DNA from: Negaprion brevirostris
Lineage: Eukaryota
Reading direction: 5' to 3'
Assembly (NCBI GenBank): GCA_030324005.1
Contig: JARDVH010000143.1
Span: forward strand, 13,328,679-13,392,678
Length of the DNA: 64,000 nt
In this document: positions 26,195 to 38,568 of the stretch, piece by piece
Position numbering within the stretch: position 1 is the stretch's first letter
Layout of the letters: every line of letters starts with the position of its first letter
The notes under the pieces: model-generated
The model's database searches: none
Seen by the model: the letters and a program-made list of their open reading frames with translations, nothing else
What the model was told of the DNA's origin: nothing
Translations under genes and position numbers: made by a program

Positions 26195-27644
26195 ACGTGA
26201 AGTGACAATTATTGCAAATGCAAGTTGACTAGAGGCGTATCTGTTTCAGCACAATTGATATTCTTAGCTACCTCTTAAAATAAACAGAGCCTCACCAAAG
26301 TGCCTAACTACCTAGAGATAGAAGTGAACAACTACCAAATACAACTTATGATGACGCTGGTTATGAAAGATAGTCAGGTATTTAGCATCTTTCAACAACA
26401 ATAGAACCTAGCATTGTAGAGCCTGTGAACTTCTGTGGTTATGATTTAACCACAGCAAAGCTGCCATCCCCAGCACATCTCCAGTCAGATAAGCCAGAGT
26501 TCCTCTTAAGTCATAGCTTAAAAAAACCCGAGAAGTCATTTTGTCTGCAATTTACATGAGATGCCCTCCTATAGCTTCCTTCATGGGGCAGATTCATTCC
26601 AAATTGACTCAAAAGACTTTTTTTTTACTATGGATGAACGAACAAAGAGCATCATCATTTAAACAGACGCTAGCCTTACCAGGGATTCCCACATCCCAAG
26701 AATGAACAGAGCTAGGGACCAACTGCTAGAAAATAGGATTAGAACAGATAGGGGCTCGATGGTCAGAACTGACATGATGGGCCAAAGGGCCTCTTTTTGT
26801 ATTATAACACTCTAAGATTATGNNNNNNNNNNNNNNNNNNNNNNNNNNNNNNNNNNNNNNNNNNNNAGCATTAATCACCCAATTATGTATCACAGCATTA
26901 CTTATCTGATGCAAAAGCTTTCAATTTGTTAAATTAATTTCCAATTTGTTAAAATAATTTACTTTTCCTTTTAGCAAGGTACTTGCTGCTTCATCTCCAC
27001 AGTTCCTCTACATTTTAATGCCTATAATAAGGAGTTTACCCAGGAGTGGAATGTCTAAAAACTTCCATCACAGCACTGGTGTCATACAGTGTTAACATAA
27101 CATGCTGTACCACCCAGGCCCAACTTTCCTTTTTATGGTTCTGAAATATAGCTTTTGCAAATGAATAAACATGCACTTCAGTATAACATTTAAATGATAA
27201 GTCTGGGTCAATCACTGACTAAAGATATCAGTTGAATCAATACAAACAAAAGAACATGTAAACCTTGAAAACGCAGGAGTGTCGAAATCAGAATCTTGGC
27301 TTGAAAATGGATTACTTAAGAGATTAGCCTTATCAAACAACTTTGTTGCCTGTTTTATAGGTTATCCAGAGAATGTAAGACTAGTGATGTGCTTAAAAAT
27401 GAGAAGCGTAGTCTCGCTTTCATAATTTCACCTTCAAGTTTGAATTTACTTAGTGGCAAGGATGGCTTAATTTTTGATATGAAGTCTTGGCCTTTGATCA
27501 CAGCAACATATTGCTTTATCTACTGCTGTATATTATCCATCAATTTTTTTTTGCATCTTTAGATTCTTATTGCAGTCATTGGGATACATCAAAAAGTATC
27601 CAGTTACAGCTGTAGCCTTTTGGATGACTTGTCAAGCATGATGC

Positions 27645-28150
27645 CCTAACTAAACTGAAAAAAAGAACCTTCTGCTCTTACCCAGACCATATCCCTTTAT
27701 TCCCTCTCTATTTCACGTACCCATTTAGATGTGTCTTAAAATGTTAAGAATGTGCCCACTCCACAAGTCCCTCTGCCAGTATATCCCAGGCACCCACACA
27801 CACACTGTGAAAAACCTCCCTCACACATCCCCCATACAACTTTCTTCCTCTCACCTTGAACTTGTGCCCCCTTGTAACTGACACTTTCACCCTGGGGGAA
27901 AGTCTCTGACCATCCACTGTCTACTTCCCTCAATTTTACAGATCTCTATCAGGTCTCCCCTCAGCCTCTGTCTTTCCAGTGAAAACAACTGTGGTTTATT
28001 CAACCTCTCCTCATAGCCAGTGCGCTCGAGACCAAGCAACACCCTGGTGAACCTTCTTTGCACTCTCTTCAAAGCTTCCACATCCTTCTTGACCAAAACT
28101 GCACACAATACTCCAAATGCCTAACCAAGGTTTTATATAGCAGCAACGTG
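27645..28150 (-). mobile_element. CR1-type LINE 3' fragment
   Basis: ORF 27887-28108: KKDVEALKRVQRRFTRVLLGLE..YEERL..LFSLERQRLRGDLIE. Confidence 0.88.
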
Positions 28151-28653
28151 ATTCTAATATAATAGAATGAAACACTTAAGCTACTGCAATACTAACAGAA
28201 GCCCTTTCTTAAAAAGGATCTCTTGCTGTTTAGCCAAAATAAACAGTCCTGACAATGGAGGCATTTAGTGTTCAAACACATTCAGCCTTGAAACAAGGTG
28301 GTGCAGCACATTGGCGGAGTGCTAGATTGGATGATTATATGGTTCAAAAGGTTGCTGCCCCATGTTGGCAAGCTTGATTTCAGATGTGCTGCTCTGGGAA
28401 AAATACTGACCAGGAATGAAAAGAAACCTGCTGCCCTAATCTGTTTTTCTACATTTCACTGGAGTATTGGTAAATGCCTAAGAAGAAACTGTGACCAACT
28501 TTTCTGACAACAGGGACAAGAGCAGGAACAAAAGGAAATTAAAACAAATCAACGCCATCTTTTGATTTTTTCTTTAGAAGCTTTGCTGGCAGAAATAACC
28601 ATGCATCTTCAGAAATCATGCCTAAAAGCTTCTGCTTATATTATGCAATTCAG

Positions 28654-28677
28654 ATAGAACATAGAACATAGAACATA
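28654..28677. repeat. (ATAGAAC)3 microsatellite, CR1-tail type
   Basis: atagaacatagaacatagaacat. Confidence 0.7.
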
Positions 28678-28870
28678 CAGATGTGACCCTTTATCTATGA
28701 AAACCTGATTTTGTTATTTTGCTCCCCTTCGTCAGAGCATAAGAGGCAACTTGATCCTTTGTTAGCCCAGTGAAGGAAAAGATTTCATTGTTACTCCTTT
28801 CTGTTCTCATTCCCGCTGGCAATTTAAATCACTCAGTCAAGTGTGACAATGACAAAGGAAATTTCCTCAC

Positions 28871-29112
28871 TTGCGTAAAATGATCTCAGAGGCACCCTTG
28901 CTATACATGCGGAAACTTCCATCAGCGTTCTTCAGTACTGTGCTCATAGACTTGCGTGCAGAGTTGAAGGTGTACACCTTGTACAGTTTCTCTTCTGGAA
29001 TTTCATTGCGTACAGCCTGATAATCTTGCTTCAAATCCAGCACAAAGCCAAGCAAAGCACATTCAGTCTTGTTCCCTACATGGCGAGGAAGGCCTCCTTC
29101 TTTCTCAGGTGG
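28871..29112 (-). CDS. ATP2B4: PMCA exon, 242 nt: [80 protein letters not shown](K) (N domain, KGASE)
   Basis: Acceptor ttctccag|CC, donor CAA|gtgagg; phase 0-2. [10 protein letters not shown] and [15 protein letters not shown] are PMCA4-like. Confidence 0.97.
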
Positions 29113-29702
29113 CTGGAGAACAAGGGGATAAATAATAAGGGCAATGGTGATAAAAATAGATAACATGACTTGTCAATATTAGCCATAATGCACAAAGTAT
29201 CTAGAATGATAACAGTTCAAAGGAATATATCGTTTATCAATGACGTTCACTGCACAAAGCCATTTATCATTTCTTCTTTTCCACAAGTCTAAACATCATA
29301 ACTAAAATATACAATTTCAGTGTGGTGTACACTGGGGCAGAAAATTTGCAACANNNNNNNNNNNNNNNNNNNNNNNNNNNNNNAAGTGAGCAACCAGACT
29401 TGGAAAAGTCCGCAACTAGAGTGACTGGTCTTCCCTTGATCTTAACAGCATTGTGTTTACATATTGTCTGCAAATCAGAACTAGACCAGATGCAAATATT
29501 TCCACAAAAGGACATTTCTACTCGAGGAACAATGATTCATCTTTAGGAAATGCTCAGTGTTTTGTAAATGTTAATCCTCAATTTAAACAAGCATTTTTGT
29601 AGTCCATGACCTTTAGGAAATTAAACTAAAACACTTCAACTTTCCCAAAACCTGGACAATGGCCACATTTCAAAAGAATTTCCCTCCCAAATTCCTGCTC
29701 AC

Positions 29703-29945
29703 CAGTATTTTGGTCGTGTAAGCAGAGTTAATGGCAATTCCATTGACAATCCGTTCCAAAACTTTTGGTAAAAGTGCATCTGGAGCAGGTATTTGCCTGT
29801 AGTGCGTTTCCCCAATATATGATTGTACTACAGTCATCCTGTTCATGGTGAGAGTACCCGTCTTGTCTGAGCAAATGGCTGTGGCGTTACCCATTGTTTC
29901 ACAGGCATCCAAATGTCTGACCAAATTATTGTCCTTCATCATTTT
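29703..29945 (-). CDS. ATP2B4: PMCA exon, 243 nt: [81 protein letters not shown] (phosphorylation motif DKTGT at 29853-29867)
   Basis: P-type ATPase signature. Acceptor ttttgacag|AA, donor CTG|gtgagc; phase 0-0. Confidence 0.97.
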
Positions 29946-30256
29946 CTGTCAAAACAAATTGAAAAATGTTAGGATTTAATCAGAACTACATTAGTCACTT
30001 CAACTTGGGAGCTTGCATTCAATGTGATAACTGAAAAATCCGGGTGATGGACAAGTCAAATGTACATTTGGAGGGAATAAAACATCCTTTCTCATACTCT
30101 GTTATTTTGCAATATTAAATATTTACTTTCCTCAATTTAAACATTTTCACAAAATTGCTATTATGATTTTCATGATTTATTTGTATGTTAAAGCATTCTC
30201 ACTTTATTATTTACATTGCTCAGTTTAAACTTTTGGCTATTTTTCTACGTTACATC

Positions 30257-30565
30257 ATAAAATCCTGCTGTGCAAAAGGCCATTTGGCCCATCAAGTCTA
30301 CACTGACCACAATCCCATTCAAGCCCTATCCTCATATCTCATGCATTTAGCCTAGCTGGTTCCCTGACAGTATGGGGTAATTTAGCATGGCCAATCCACC
30401 TAACCCACACATCTTTGGACTGTGGGAGGAAACCAGAGCATCTGGAGGAAAACCACACAAACAAGAAGAGACTGTGCAAACTCCACACAGACAGTGAACC
30501 AAGCCGGGAATCAAACCTGGGTCCCTGGCGACGTGAGGCAGCAGTGCTAACCTCTGTGCCACCCT
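30257..30565 (-). mobile_element. V-SINE, CR1-type tail
   Basis: Full head, core and tail. Confidence 0.87.
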
Positions 30566-30799
30566 GTGCCTCATCAGCTGGATCCAAAGGATGTCCTTTG
30601 GTTGTGAATAATGCCACATAGCTGCACATTCTTTAGCGCGCAATAGAAGCCCCTGAATTTAAGTCTTTGAATTATCTGACGTAGAGGTAAAAGGAAACCT
30701 TTGCATTAGCACCACCACTTACTTCAGTAAATTCTGACAATCAACTTATTTGTAAACCTGAAAGAAAGCAGAAGTTTTGTCAACTTTCCAACATGACTG

Positions 30800-31122
30800 T
30801 GGCATGGTAGCAACGTAGTTAGCACTGGTGCCTCACAGCGCCAGGAACCCATGTTCAGTTCTGATCTTTGGGTGACTGGGTGGAGTTTGCATTTTCTTCA
30901 CATCTGCATGGGTTTCCTCCCATAGTTCAAAGATGTGCAGTTTAGGTGGACTGGCCATGTTAAATTGTCCCTTATGTGTAGGTTAGGGGGATTAGCAGAG
31001 TAAATGCATGGGATTACAGGGATAGGGCATGGGAGGTGGGCCTGGCTGAGATGCTCTGTTGGAGAGTTAGTGAGGATTCAATGGGCTGAATGACTTCCCC
31101 CTGTACTGCAGGGATTCTATGG
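30800..31122 (+). mobile_element. V-SINE, CR1-type tail
   Basis: Head ggcatggtagcaacgtagttagcactg, core, gggattctatg end. Confidence 0.82.
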
Positions 31123-31374
31123 ACTATGACAAAGGTAGGTCAATTCTGTAAACATATACAGCAAATAATACTTGGTTTATACTGTGTCAACATTTATTGA
31201 GTATTCCATTACAATCATATTTCATTACAATCCTTACAATGGCAAATGTGAGAGCTCCCAATATCAAAGGATACATTCCTTGGAACAGGAATGGTCAAAA
31301 ACACATTTGCCACGCATGTTACATCACTGCAACAGAACAGCTTTCCGTACCATAGATATAACCTTTGACCCTTT

Positions 31375-31612
31375 ACTAGGCCCCTTTCTGGCATCTGTTC
31401 AGGTACACGGAGGGAGAATTTAGCATGGCCAATGCACCTAACCAGCATGTTTTTCAGTCTGTGGGAGGAAACCGGAGCGCCTGGAGGAGACCCATGCAGA
31501 CATGGGGAGAACGTGCAGACTCCGCACAGACAGTGATCCAAGTGGGGCATCGAACCAGGATCCCTGACGCTGCGAGACAGCAGTGCTAACCACTGTGCCA
31601 CCGAGCCGCCCC
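31375..31612 (-). mobile_element. V-SINE type b, tail truncated
   Basis: ctgttcaggtacacggagggagaatttagc plus core and head. Confidence 0.83.
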
Positions 31613-31667
31613 CATTGTTTCTACAGGGAAGGAAAATTCTAGTTGGCAAAAACATCTTACAATTAAA

Positions 31668-32036
31668 AGGCGAGAGGTGACCTGATAGAGGTGTATAAGA
31701 TGTTGAGGGGTATTGATTGGGTGTATTCTCTGAGGTTTTTTCCCAGGGCTGAAGTGGCTGCTACGAGAGTACGCAGGTTTAGGGTGCTGGGGAGTAGGTA
31801 CAGAGGAGATGTCAGGGTACGTTTTTCACTCAGAGGGTGGTGGGTGCATGGAATTGGCTGCCGTCAGTGGTGGTGGAGGTGGATTTGATAGGGTCTTTTA
31901 AGACACTTCTGGATGAGTACATGGGACTTAATAGGATTGAGGGTTATAGGTAAGCTAGTAGGTAGAGATATGTTTGGCATAACTTGTGGACCGAAGGTCC
32001 AGTTTGTGCTGTAGTTTTTCTATATTCTATGTTCTA
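31668..32036 (+). mobile_element. CR1-type LINE 3' end
   Basis: RGDLIEVYKMLRGID..FFPR; ends ttctatattctatgttcta. Confidence 0.85.
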
Positions 32037-32356
32037 AAAGAAAGATGGTGCAATAAATATTATTTTTGATTGTAATTGAAATAGTTAAAAACAGATTTCA
32101 GGATGGTTGCTTCCCACGGGTTTGGTTACAGCTGATAATTTCCTATTGCTGAGAAATGGTTTGGCAGATTCCCAACATTCTCACCAGCTGACCATTCTTC
32201 ACGTGGGAGTCAGTAAGTGTCAGTAAACTGTGTCAGCAAAGGGAATCCACGCAGAGGCCTTTATACTGCAATGGCTGTGTAAGGGGTTAGGGTGGGTGAG
32301 GTAAGTGGCTAGGTGGCAGATGAGTAGGCTACCAGGTAGGTAGGGTGACAGGTTCA

Positions 32357-32485
32357 CACCTCACCTGAGGAAGAAGCAGCGCTCTGAAAGCTCATGATTA
32401 CAAATAAACCTGTTGATTTTAATCTGTTGTTGTGAGACTTCTTACTGTGCCCACCCCAGTACAATGCCAGCATCCTCACATCAGG
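32357..32485 (+). mobile_element. Penelope-like terminal fragment carrying a minimal hammerhead-like motif
   Basis: tcacCTGAGGAagaagcagcgctctGAAAgctc followed by aaataaacctgttg..gtgagacttcttact. Confidence 0.6.
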
Positions 32486-32489
32486 CTTT

Positions 32490-32700
32490 TTGAAGTTTAA
32501 AGTTTATTTATTATTGTCACATGTAGAGTTACAATTAAGTTACTGTGAAAATCTCCTAGATGGCACACTTCGGTGCCTGTTTGGGTACATTCAGGGAGAA
32601 TTCAACATGGCCAATGCACCTAACCAGGATGTGTTTTGGACTGTGGGAAGAAACCAGAGCACCCGGAGGAAACCCATGCAGACATGGTGTGAATGTGCAG
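32490..32700 (-). mobile_element. V-SINE type b, headless
   Basis: Type-b tail and core. Confidence 0.8.
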
Positions 32701-33100
32701 GTAGATAAGATGGCAGATGGGTAGAGTGGCAGGTTGGTGAGGTGGTAAGGGGCAAGTGGATTGGTTGGCATGTGGTTTGGGTGGCAGGTAGGGAGTGCTG
32801 GGCTAGTCAGGGGTATTTGGATGGTGGGGGAGTCAGGGGTTGGGGGAGTTGGGTTGAGTCAAGAGAGAGTTGTGTGGTCAGTGAGCTGGGTTGGGGGAGT
32901 GAGGGTATGTAGTTGGGGAAGTTGGATCAGCGGGCAGTCAGAGGGTCAGGGTAGAGTTGAACAGTGAGGTCAGTCAGGTTGGGTCATGGGAATCAGGGGT
33001 TGGAAGATCTTTGATAGTGGGAGTTAGTCAAGTCAGGTAGGGTTGAAAGCGGGGTATTGTGGGATAGAGGAGGAGCATCAAGGGATGAGTTGGGAAGTCA
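32700..33100 (+). repeat. G-rich low-complexity tract (starts about 32283, interrupted by insertions)
   Basis: Dense GG/GGG/GGGG runs with recurring gggtcag/ggtagg/agtcagg units. Confidence 0.7.
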
Positions 33101-33472
33101 GTTATAATATTTATCCAAGAGTTAGACTGGGACTTGTCTGTTTAACATTTTCCAAGTAATTATCTCGGTAAGTAAGTTCAAACTCCTTGAACTCTCTGGC
33201 TCAACTCAGAGTTGGAGAATTTTGCAGCAGGTTCCAGGGAGTAGGGTGATTATGCACCAGGAGTTCAAACTTCCTGGGCAATTGCCATGTTGTCACTGTA
33301 TTGGATTTCTGAGGAGTCCCTTAGCTCATCTTCTGGGGTACATCTGGTCTTTTACTATCTGGATTTTGGGAGNNNNNNNNNNNNNNNNNNNNNNNNNNNN
33401 NNNNNNNNNNNNNNNNNNNNNNNNNNNNNNNNNNNNNNNNNNNNNNNNNNNNNNNNNNNNNNNNNNNNNNNN

Positions 33473-33800
33473 CTAATTACTGTGCCATCTTTTGAGGTTC
33501 CTCAACTCTACCCAAACAGATTCTACATCTTCTGACCCCATGTCATTTCTTGCTATTGATTTAATTTCATTTCTTACTAATAAGGCAACCCCACTCTCTG
33601 TCGACTTGCCTATCCTTTCAATAGGATGTGCATTTTTGGATATTTAGCTCCCAGCCCCGATTCCCTTACAGCCACATCCGTGATGCCCACAACATAATAC
33701 CCACCAATTTCAAACTGCACTACCAGCTCACTTACCTTATTTCATATACTGGGTGCATTCAAATACAACTTTCAGTCCTGCACTGACCGCTGTCTTCCCA
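33473..33800 (-). mobile_element. CR1 ORF2 N-terminal APE-endonuclease remnant
   Basis: Minus strand reads, with disruptions, YLNA..NKVSELVVQFEIGGYYVVGIT..VALLVRNEIKSIARNDMGSEDVESVWVELRN. Confidence 0.7.
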
Positions 33801-33960
33801 TTGTCGTCCCTTTATCTGCTGTGCCGGCAATTAGGTTCCCAACCCTTTCCACCCACCCTGCCCTATTATTTGTTTGGGAGACTTTAATAACATCTCCTAA
33901 GCTCTCCATCCTTTCAACCTTTGTCATAATTTTCCATGTAGTTGAATCCCCCTCCCCAAA

Positions 33961-34200
33961 TAAAAGCAAATTAATGCGGCTACTGGAATCTGAAACCAAA
34001 AGAGAAAATGCTGGAAAATCCCAGATCTGGCAGCACCTGTAGGGAGAGAAAAGAGCTGACATTTCGAGTCCAGATGGCCCTTTGTCAAAGCTCAACTTCA
34101 GCTTTGACAAACGGTCATCTGGACTCAAACGTCAGCCTTTTCCCTCCTTACAGATGCTGCCAGACCTGCTGGGATTTTCCAGCATTTTCTCTTTTGGTTC
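33961..34200. mobile_element. Penelope-like hairpin element; arms 33994-34092 and 34100-34199, 7-nt spacer
   Basis: The two arms are near-perfect reverse complements of about 100 bp. Confidence 0.8.
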
Positions 34201-34659
34201 CGCCTCCCCAAATGCTGACCTGCTGCTTTGCTTCCCATTTACCGCCCCTCCTCCCCCCACCCACTCACTTGCTATTTTAAAGGTCCAATTGCTTTGCTGG
34301 AATGCCACTAAATACTTTTGGAAAGTTGCAATGAAGTAAATCACCAGCATTGTGCAATTGAGGTAGAGAGAGATCTAATGAATGTTACTACTGCTGAATA
34401 ATAGATTTGAGGAAGGGACTGTCCACTTGATGTTGCATGCAGCATGAGGTGGAACTCTGACGAGACTTTGTCTGCATATTGTTTTCTAGTGCAAAAAAAA
34501 TTTAGCCAGCTGACTCAGTTTTTAAAAGAATCTATCACAAATAAAGTACCTGGCAATTTTTTTTATTTCAAATTAACTTGTCCTGGGCATCGAACCCAAG
34601 GACATTAAAAGTCTTTAACTTTTCAAAATGTGGACAGAATTAAATCCAGAATAAGACGT

Positions 34660-35262
34660 GAATAGAAGAAATTAGATATAGCTCTTGGGACTAAAGGATA
34701 AGGGAATATGGGGAGGAGGTGGTGGTGGTGGGGGGAAAAAATCAGGATATTGAATATGATCAGCCATAAGCATAATACATGGCAGCAGACTAGGTCTGAA
34801 GGGCCGAATGGCCTGCTCTCACATCTAGTTTCTACATTTCTAAATCTGTAATCAGCACAGGGTAGTATTCACATAAGACTGAAAGACACGAGCAGAATTA
34901 GGCCACTTGGCCCATCGAATCTGCTCTGCCATTCAATCATGGCTGTTTTTTTTCCCTCATCCCCATTTCGAATCTGCTCTGCCATTCAATCATGGCTGTT
35001 TTTTTCCCTTGTCCCCATTCTCCTGCCTTTACCCTATAATCCCTGACCCCCTTATCAATCAAGAACCTATCACTGTCTTTAAGATACTCAATGACCTGGC
35101 CTCCACAGCCTTCTGTGGCAAAGAGTTCCACAGATTCACCACTATCTGGCTGAAGAAATTCCTCCTCATCTGTTTTAAAGAATCATCCCTTTAGCCTGAG
35201 GTTGTGCCCTCTGGTTCTAGTTCTTCCTAGAAGTGGAAACATCTTCTCCACATCCACTCTAT
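34660..35262. mobile_element. Two CR1-type 3' ends tail-to-tail (+ about 34660-34842; - about 34872-35262)
   Basis: gggccgaatggcct tail on plus; minus strand reads VDVEKMFPLLGRTRTRGHNLRLKG. Confidence 0.75.
34915..35019. repeat. Tandem duplication, about 53 bp x2, inside a CR1 tail
   Basis: tcgaatctgctctgccattcaatcatggctgttttttt(t)ccct..ccccatt starts at 34915 and again at 34968. Confidence 0.85.
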
Positions 35263-36407
35263 NNNNNNNNNNNNNNNNNNNNNNNNNNNNNNNNNNNNNN
35301 NNNNNNNNNNNNNNNNNNNNNNNNNNNNNNNNNNNNNNNNNNNNNNNNNNNNNNNNNNNNNNCACAATACTTCAAATGGCAATTTTAGACAATGTTATTG
35401 ATGTATTTTGTTTGTTACAAAAAAAAACCATACTAGATTGAGTGAAGATGGGTATGGGCGTGGTAGGGAGAAAGTTATTTTAATTTTTTGCCTCTGCTGA
35501 GTCATAACATCAGTAAGCCAATAGAATTTGGATCTATCGTATCAATATTGCAGCCAGTTACAACTGCACTTTGTCTAGCCTTTCGTAATCTATTATCCAC
35601 CACATTTCTGCAGCTACTGATTTGACCAACTGCAACCTTATCTCCAGCTTTAGTCCCTAATAAAACAATGACTCTCACACTCTGGCTATTCCCCTAGTTC
35701 AGCCCTAATCTCCACTCCTTATGTATTGGGGATGCAGACTTGAAAGGATATGGCACTGGTTTAGCTTTTGCTGCTAGATGTGGCTCAACTATGTGAAACA
35801 TCATCAGGTCCTATTTGTCTGCCAAAACTGTGCAATACTCCAGGATAATCATGGATTGCTAAGGTAACCACCTGCTTCTTTTCTTCATTGCACATTGCTG
35901 AAACCTGACTTCCCTTCTACCCTGGTTGCCAACAATATGTGAAGGGCTCATGCGTTTGTGTCACTGGTCAAGACCATTCCCATCCCTCACTTCGACTAGT
36001 CCAATGGGCTAAACTTCATCTAAAGCACTCCCTACCCTAGCTCTAAACTCATGTCTTCTTTAAATCCACCATCATCACCCCTCTCAAAAAACAAAATCCT
36101 GATCCCACAGGTTTTGCAAACTACCCCACTTTCAACTTCCCTCCCTTTTCCAAAGTCATTGAGTGCGTTGTCCATTCCCAAATCCGCACCCATTGTTCTT
36201 GGAACTCGATGTTTGAATCCCTCAATTTGGGTTTCTGTCTCTGCCGCAGCTGAAAACTGCTCTTAAAGTCACAAATGACATCCTGTGTGACTGCTATAAA
36301 GTGAGGTGACATAACAGTAAAATAATTAGACAAACAACCCAGAGGCTCAGGCTAATACTTTGTGGGGAATGGGTTCGAATCCCAACATGGCAGCCTGTAG
36401 AATTTGG

Positions 36408-36630
36408 GGTGGCATAGTGGGCTAGTAATAGTGGCACAGCACCAGTGTCCCAGGTTCAATTCACCTTGGGTGACTGTGCGGGTTTCCTCCGGGTGCTCCA
36501 GTTTCCTCCCACTGTCCCAAGACATATAGGTTAGGGGGATTAGCAAGGTAAATAGGGTCTGGGAAAGATGTTCTATTGGAGAGTTGGTGGGGAAGAATGG
36601 CCTACCATTGCATTGTAGGGATACTATGAT
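36408..36630 (+). mobile_element. Diverged V-SINE inside L2; isolated type-b tail at 36750-36820
   Basis: Core gggtttcctccgggtgctccagtttcctccc. Confidence 0.75.
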
Positions 36631-38179
36631 GGTTATATTAATGAGATTATATTGCTACTAATGATGCAAGTGTGACATTAAGGGTCAGATGACAAAAGTT
36701 ACAAATGCACAAAACACTGGATAGTCTGTGTCTTCGAAACCATGTACTCACTAGGGGATTTTCACAGTAACTTCATTACAGTGTGAATATAAGCCTACTT
36801 GTGACTAGTAAATAAACTTTACTATGAAGCATTGTAAATAGTGTAAATAAATAGCATTTAGAAACACGATATACTGACCGTCACNNNNNNNNNNNNNNNN
36901 NNNNNNNNNNNNNNNNNNNNNNNNNNNNNNNNNNNNNNNNNNNNNNNNNNNNNNNNNNNNNNNNNNNNNNNNNNNNNNNNNNNNNNNNNNNNNNNNNNNN
37001 NNNNNNNNNNNNNNNNNNNNNNNNNNNNNNNNNNNNNNNNNNNNNNNNNNNNNNNNNNNNNNNNNNNNNNNNNNNNNNNNNNNNNNNNNNNNNNNNNNNN
37101 NNNNNNNNNNNNNNNNNNNNNNNNNNNNNNNNNNNNNNNNNNNNNNNNNNNNNNNNNNNNNNNNNNNNNNNNNNNNNNNNNNNNNNNNNNNNNNNNNNNN
37201 NNNNNNNNNNNNNNNNNNNNNNNNNNNNNNNNNNNNNNNNNNNNNNNNNNNNNNNNNNNNNNNNNNAGCCACTGCAATCCAGCTGAGAGGAACCATTCTC
37301 ACTCACTTCCATTCCTATCTATTGATATCCAGAGCATTATTTGTCATGGTTTTGTTCCATGTTCCTGCATCATTAATCTCTGGTGTCTCCCAAAGATCTG
37401 TACTGGGGATAGGGGGTGCCTCCTGTGTCTCATCTACATGCTACCCCTCAGCGACATCAACCAAATCAAACTGACAACACCCAGCTCTACCTCATCACTA
37501 CCTTACTTGACTTCCCCACTGTTGTTACATTATCAGACCACGCATTGGAAGTGCAGCACTGGACGAGTAGAAATTCTCTCCAATTAAAAACTAGGAAGAA
37601 TGAAGCATCGTCTTCAGTCCCCCCTCCAAACTCTGTTCCCCAGCTACTGACTCCAGCCAGCTCCCCGGCAAACTGAGATGAATCAATCTGTTTGCAATCT
37701 CGATGTCATATTTGCCAGAGATAAATTTCTGACAACTTTTGTGCCATCACTAAGGTCACCCATTTCCACCTCGAATGACAGAGACCTTCGCCCCCAGATA
37801 ACAGATCATCTGCTATTGAAACACACACCTTAGTTACCTCTGGATTCTACTATTTCAAAGCATTCCTTGGTCTCCCCAGTTTTACCCTCTGTAATCTTGA
37901 GGCCATCCAGGATTCCACAGGCTGAATCTTAACCTACGAGTTGTGACCTCCTATCAGCTCTGTGCTTGCTGACCTCCACTGATTCCCAATGAAGCAACAC
38001 CTTGATTTTAAAATTTACATCCTTATTTTCAAATCTGTGACCTTAGCCATCCCCATATTTCCTCAAAACACACAACTTCTGAGATATGCGCTCATTAATT
38101 CTGGCCTCTTGAGCATTCCTGATTTCAATTCATCCACGCCGTTGATGACCACATTTCTAAACTCACGAATACCCTCTCA

Positions 38180-38568
38180 GTGGGAAGTTGTGTGTGGAAC
38201 CGGAAGAGATTGGAGAGGCACTGAACAAATATTTCTCTTCGGTATTCACGCAGGGAGACGTAAATGCAGTTGTGGAGAACACTGGGTTACAGGGTTGTAA
38301 ACTGGATAGTATTGCAGTAGATAAGGAGGATGTGCTAGATATTCNNNNNNNNNNNNNNNNNNNNNNNNNNNNNNNNNNNNNNNNNNNNNNNNNNNNNNNN
38401 NNNNNNNNNNNNNNNNNNNNNNNNNNNNNNNNNNNNNNNNNNNNGGATAGGTTTATGGATGGAAAGGGATTGGTTTAGGTTAGAGGGTCATTGCTTTTTT
38501 CTTAATTGGTCGGCGCAACATTGTGGGCCGAAGGGCGTGTTCTGCGCTGTAATGTTCTATGTTCTATA
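38180..38568 (+). mobile_element. CR1-type LINE inside L2, spanning a gap
   Basis: EPEEIGEALNKYFSSVFT (CR1 ORF2) before the gap; tail gggccgaagggcgtgttctgcgctgtaatgttctatgttcta after it. Confidence 0.8.
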
